From the NCBI GenBank assembly GCA_964106915.2, contig OZ066915.1: a stretch of DNA of 64,000 nucleotides, one strand, 5' to 3'. The DNA comes from Podarcis gaigeae. Lineage: Eukaryota. A model generated the notes under the pieces. That model was not told the origin of the DNA, did not search any database, and saw only the letters and a program-made list of their open reading frames with translations. The position numbers were made by a program, and so were the translations under genes. Of this stretch, positions 62,751 through 64,000 are shown one piece after another (within the stretch, counting starts at the first letter, position 1; each line of letters begins with the position of its first letter).

Positions 62751-63727
62751 CCGTGGGAAGATGCTATGGATTGCTCAACTGAGGGAAGGAATAAAGAACC
62801 TTCGGGGGGTTTTTTTTTCCTGCCAGGGTGCCGAAATCCACGCTGCGAATGGGCGGAACTAAAGATGAGGTAGCTGTGCACCGAGGGGAGCGAATTAGAG
62901 GGTTGCGCTGTGTCCCTCATTCAATTTTCCTCCTTCCCATAATAAAATCCGGTTTTCAATTGGCAGTTAAACGTTTGGGGGAAGCTATAAGAGGCGCTAA
63001 GTCGTTTTTCAGTCATGTTGAGTATCCTTCCGAATGGGAAGTCTGCGCATGTTTGATTCCTGGTGGTCTGAAGGGACATGGCTGAAACGAAGCAGGTTTG
63101 GGTCTGTTCAGTGACCGCCCCGGAACCACATGTAGAAGAAAGGCGGGATATAAATTTAAGAAAAGAAGTAAATCAAGCTATATAGGCAGGGTACTGTAAA
63201 GGATAATACAAAATTCCTCAAAAATGGCTACCATAGGATAAGAATTAGATTGAGAAGAGCATCAGGGAGTAGTAGAAAGAGTTCTTTGGTGGTTTTCTGC
63301 AAGTTTAAAGAACTGTAGGTGTGCTACAGGGTTTGCCATGTAAAGATAACATTTAACTGGTTTGGAAAGAGAAGGATTTCTAGAGGGTTGATAGAAACTT
63401 GTAAAATAAGATAAGCAAGGCTATATGACATAGGTGATTTGCCTTTGCCAATTTTCCTTTCTGGAGAAAAAAATGGTCTTTACCATTGTGAGAAAACTGG
63501 TAGCTTGAGTAGCTGTTGCAGCTGGGACCTGATTTCTCTTTATGCCTGTGTCGTTTTGTAATAGGGTGGTATTCCAAATGGAAGAAAAATCCCAGACGCA
63601 GGGCAATCCTAACACATCACGTCAATCCACTTTGGGGTTTTCATAGTACTTGAGAATTGGCTGTCAGTTACAGCTGTTGCATCCAGTATAGAAGAATCCC
63701 CATATAGCATACCTGCTTGTCTTTATC

Positions 63728-63830
63728 ATGGCCTTTCCAGAGCCAAAACTGAAGAAGCCTGAGTTGCCAAAGAAACTTCTGGGCACACTGGAATGTAAAC
63801 AGGGAGCTGTCAGGGCAGTGAGGTTCAATG
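63728..63830 (+). CDS. WDR83: WDR83 (MORG1) first coding exon; gene continues beyond the window
   Basis: MAFPEPKLKKPELPKKLLGTLECKQGAVRAVRFN, donor AATG|GTGAGT; opposite WDR83OS as in mammals. Confidence 0.93.
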
Positions 63831-64000
63831 GTGAGTGTATCCTTGATCCTATAACATGGTGTTGTATTTTTAGAACCAGAAAAACAAAGCAGAATCTAGT
63901 GTGTGATTTACAATTTTTGAAGGTGAAGTTTTGGTAGCCTGTTGCAGTTAAACCAGCAAGGAGTCTTGTGACGCCTTAGTTAATGCAGGTGTGGGGATGC

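Overview
Vertebrate genomic DNA, most likely a lacertid lizard given the Sauria/POM-type SINE, squamate L2 and tRNA-SINE repertoire. It is homologous to part of human 19p13. Five protein-coding genes can be rebuilt exon by exon from splice signals and reading-frame continuity: NACC1 (+, 5 coding exons, 528 aa, with polyG/polyQ tracts and an apparent ~7.5 kb 3' UTR), STX10 (-, 8 exons, 246 aa, with a minor-spliceosome AT-AC intron 2), IER2 (+, single coding exon, 251 aa), WDR83OS/Asterix (-, 4 exons, 106 aa) and the first coding exon of WDR83 (+, head-to-head with WDR83OS). The rest is introns and intergenic DNA rich in SINEs, L2/CR1 fragments and Tc1/mariner and hAT MITEs, with one 134-N assembly gap. 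The most striking non-coding structure is a TSD-flanked, perfect 95-bp inverted repeat in WDR83OS intron 3. Each arm carries a minimal type I hammerhead ribozyme motif, as seen in Penelope-like element remnants. Other leads are an orphan CpG-island promoter at about 55.4-56.3 kb, a distal SRE/ETS promoter with a putative non-coding first exon for IER2, and two SINEs with different tRNA heads on the same tail. Gene and repeat family names come from recognition of the sequences, not from database searches.
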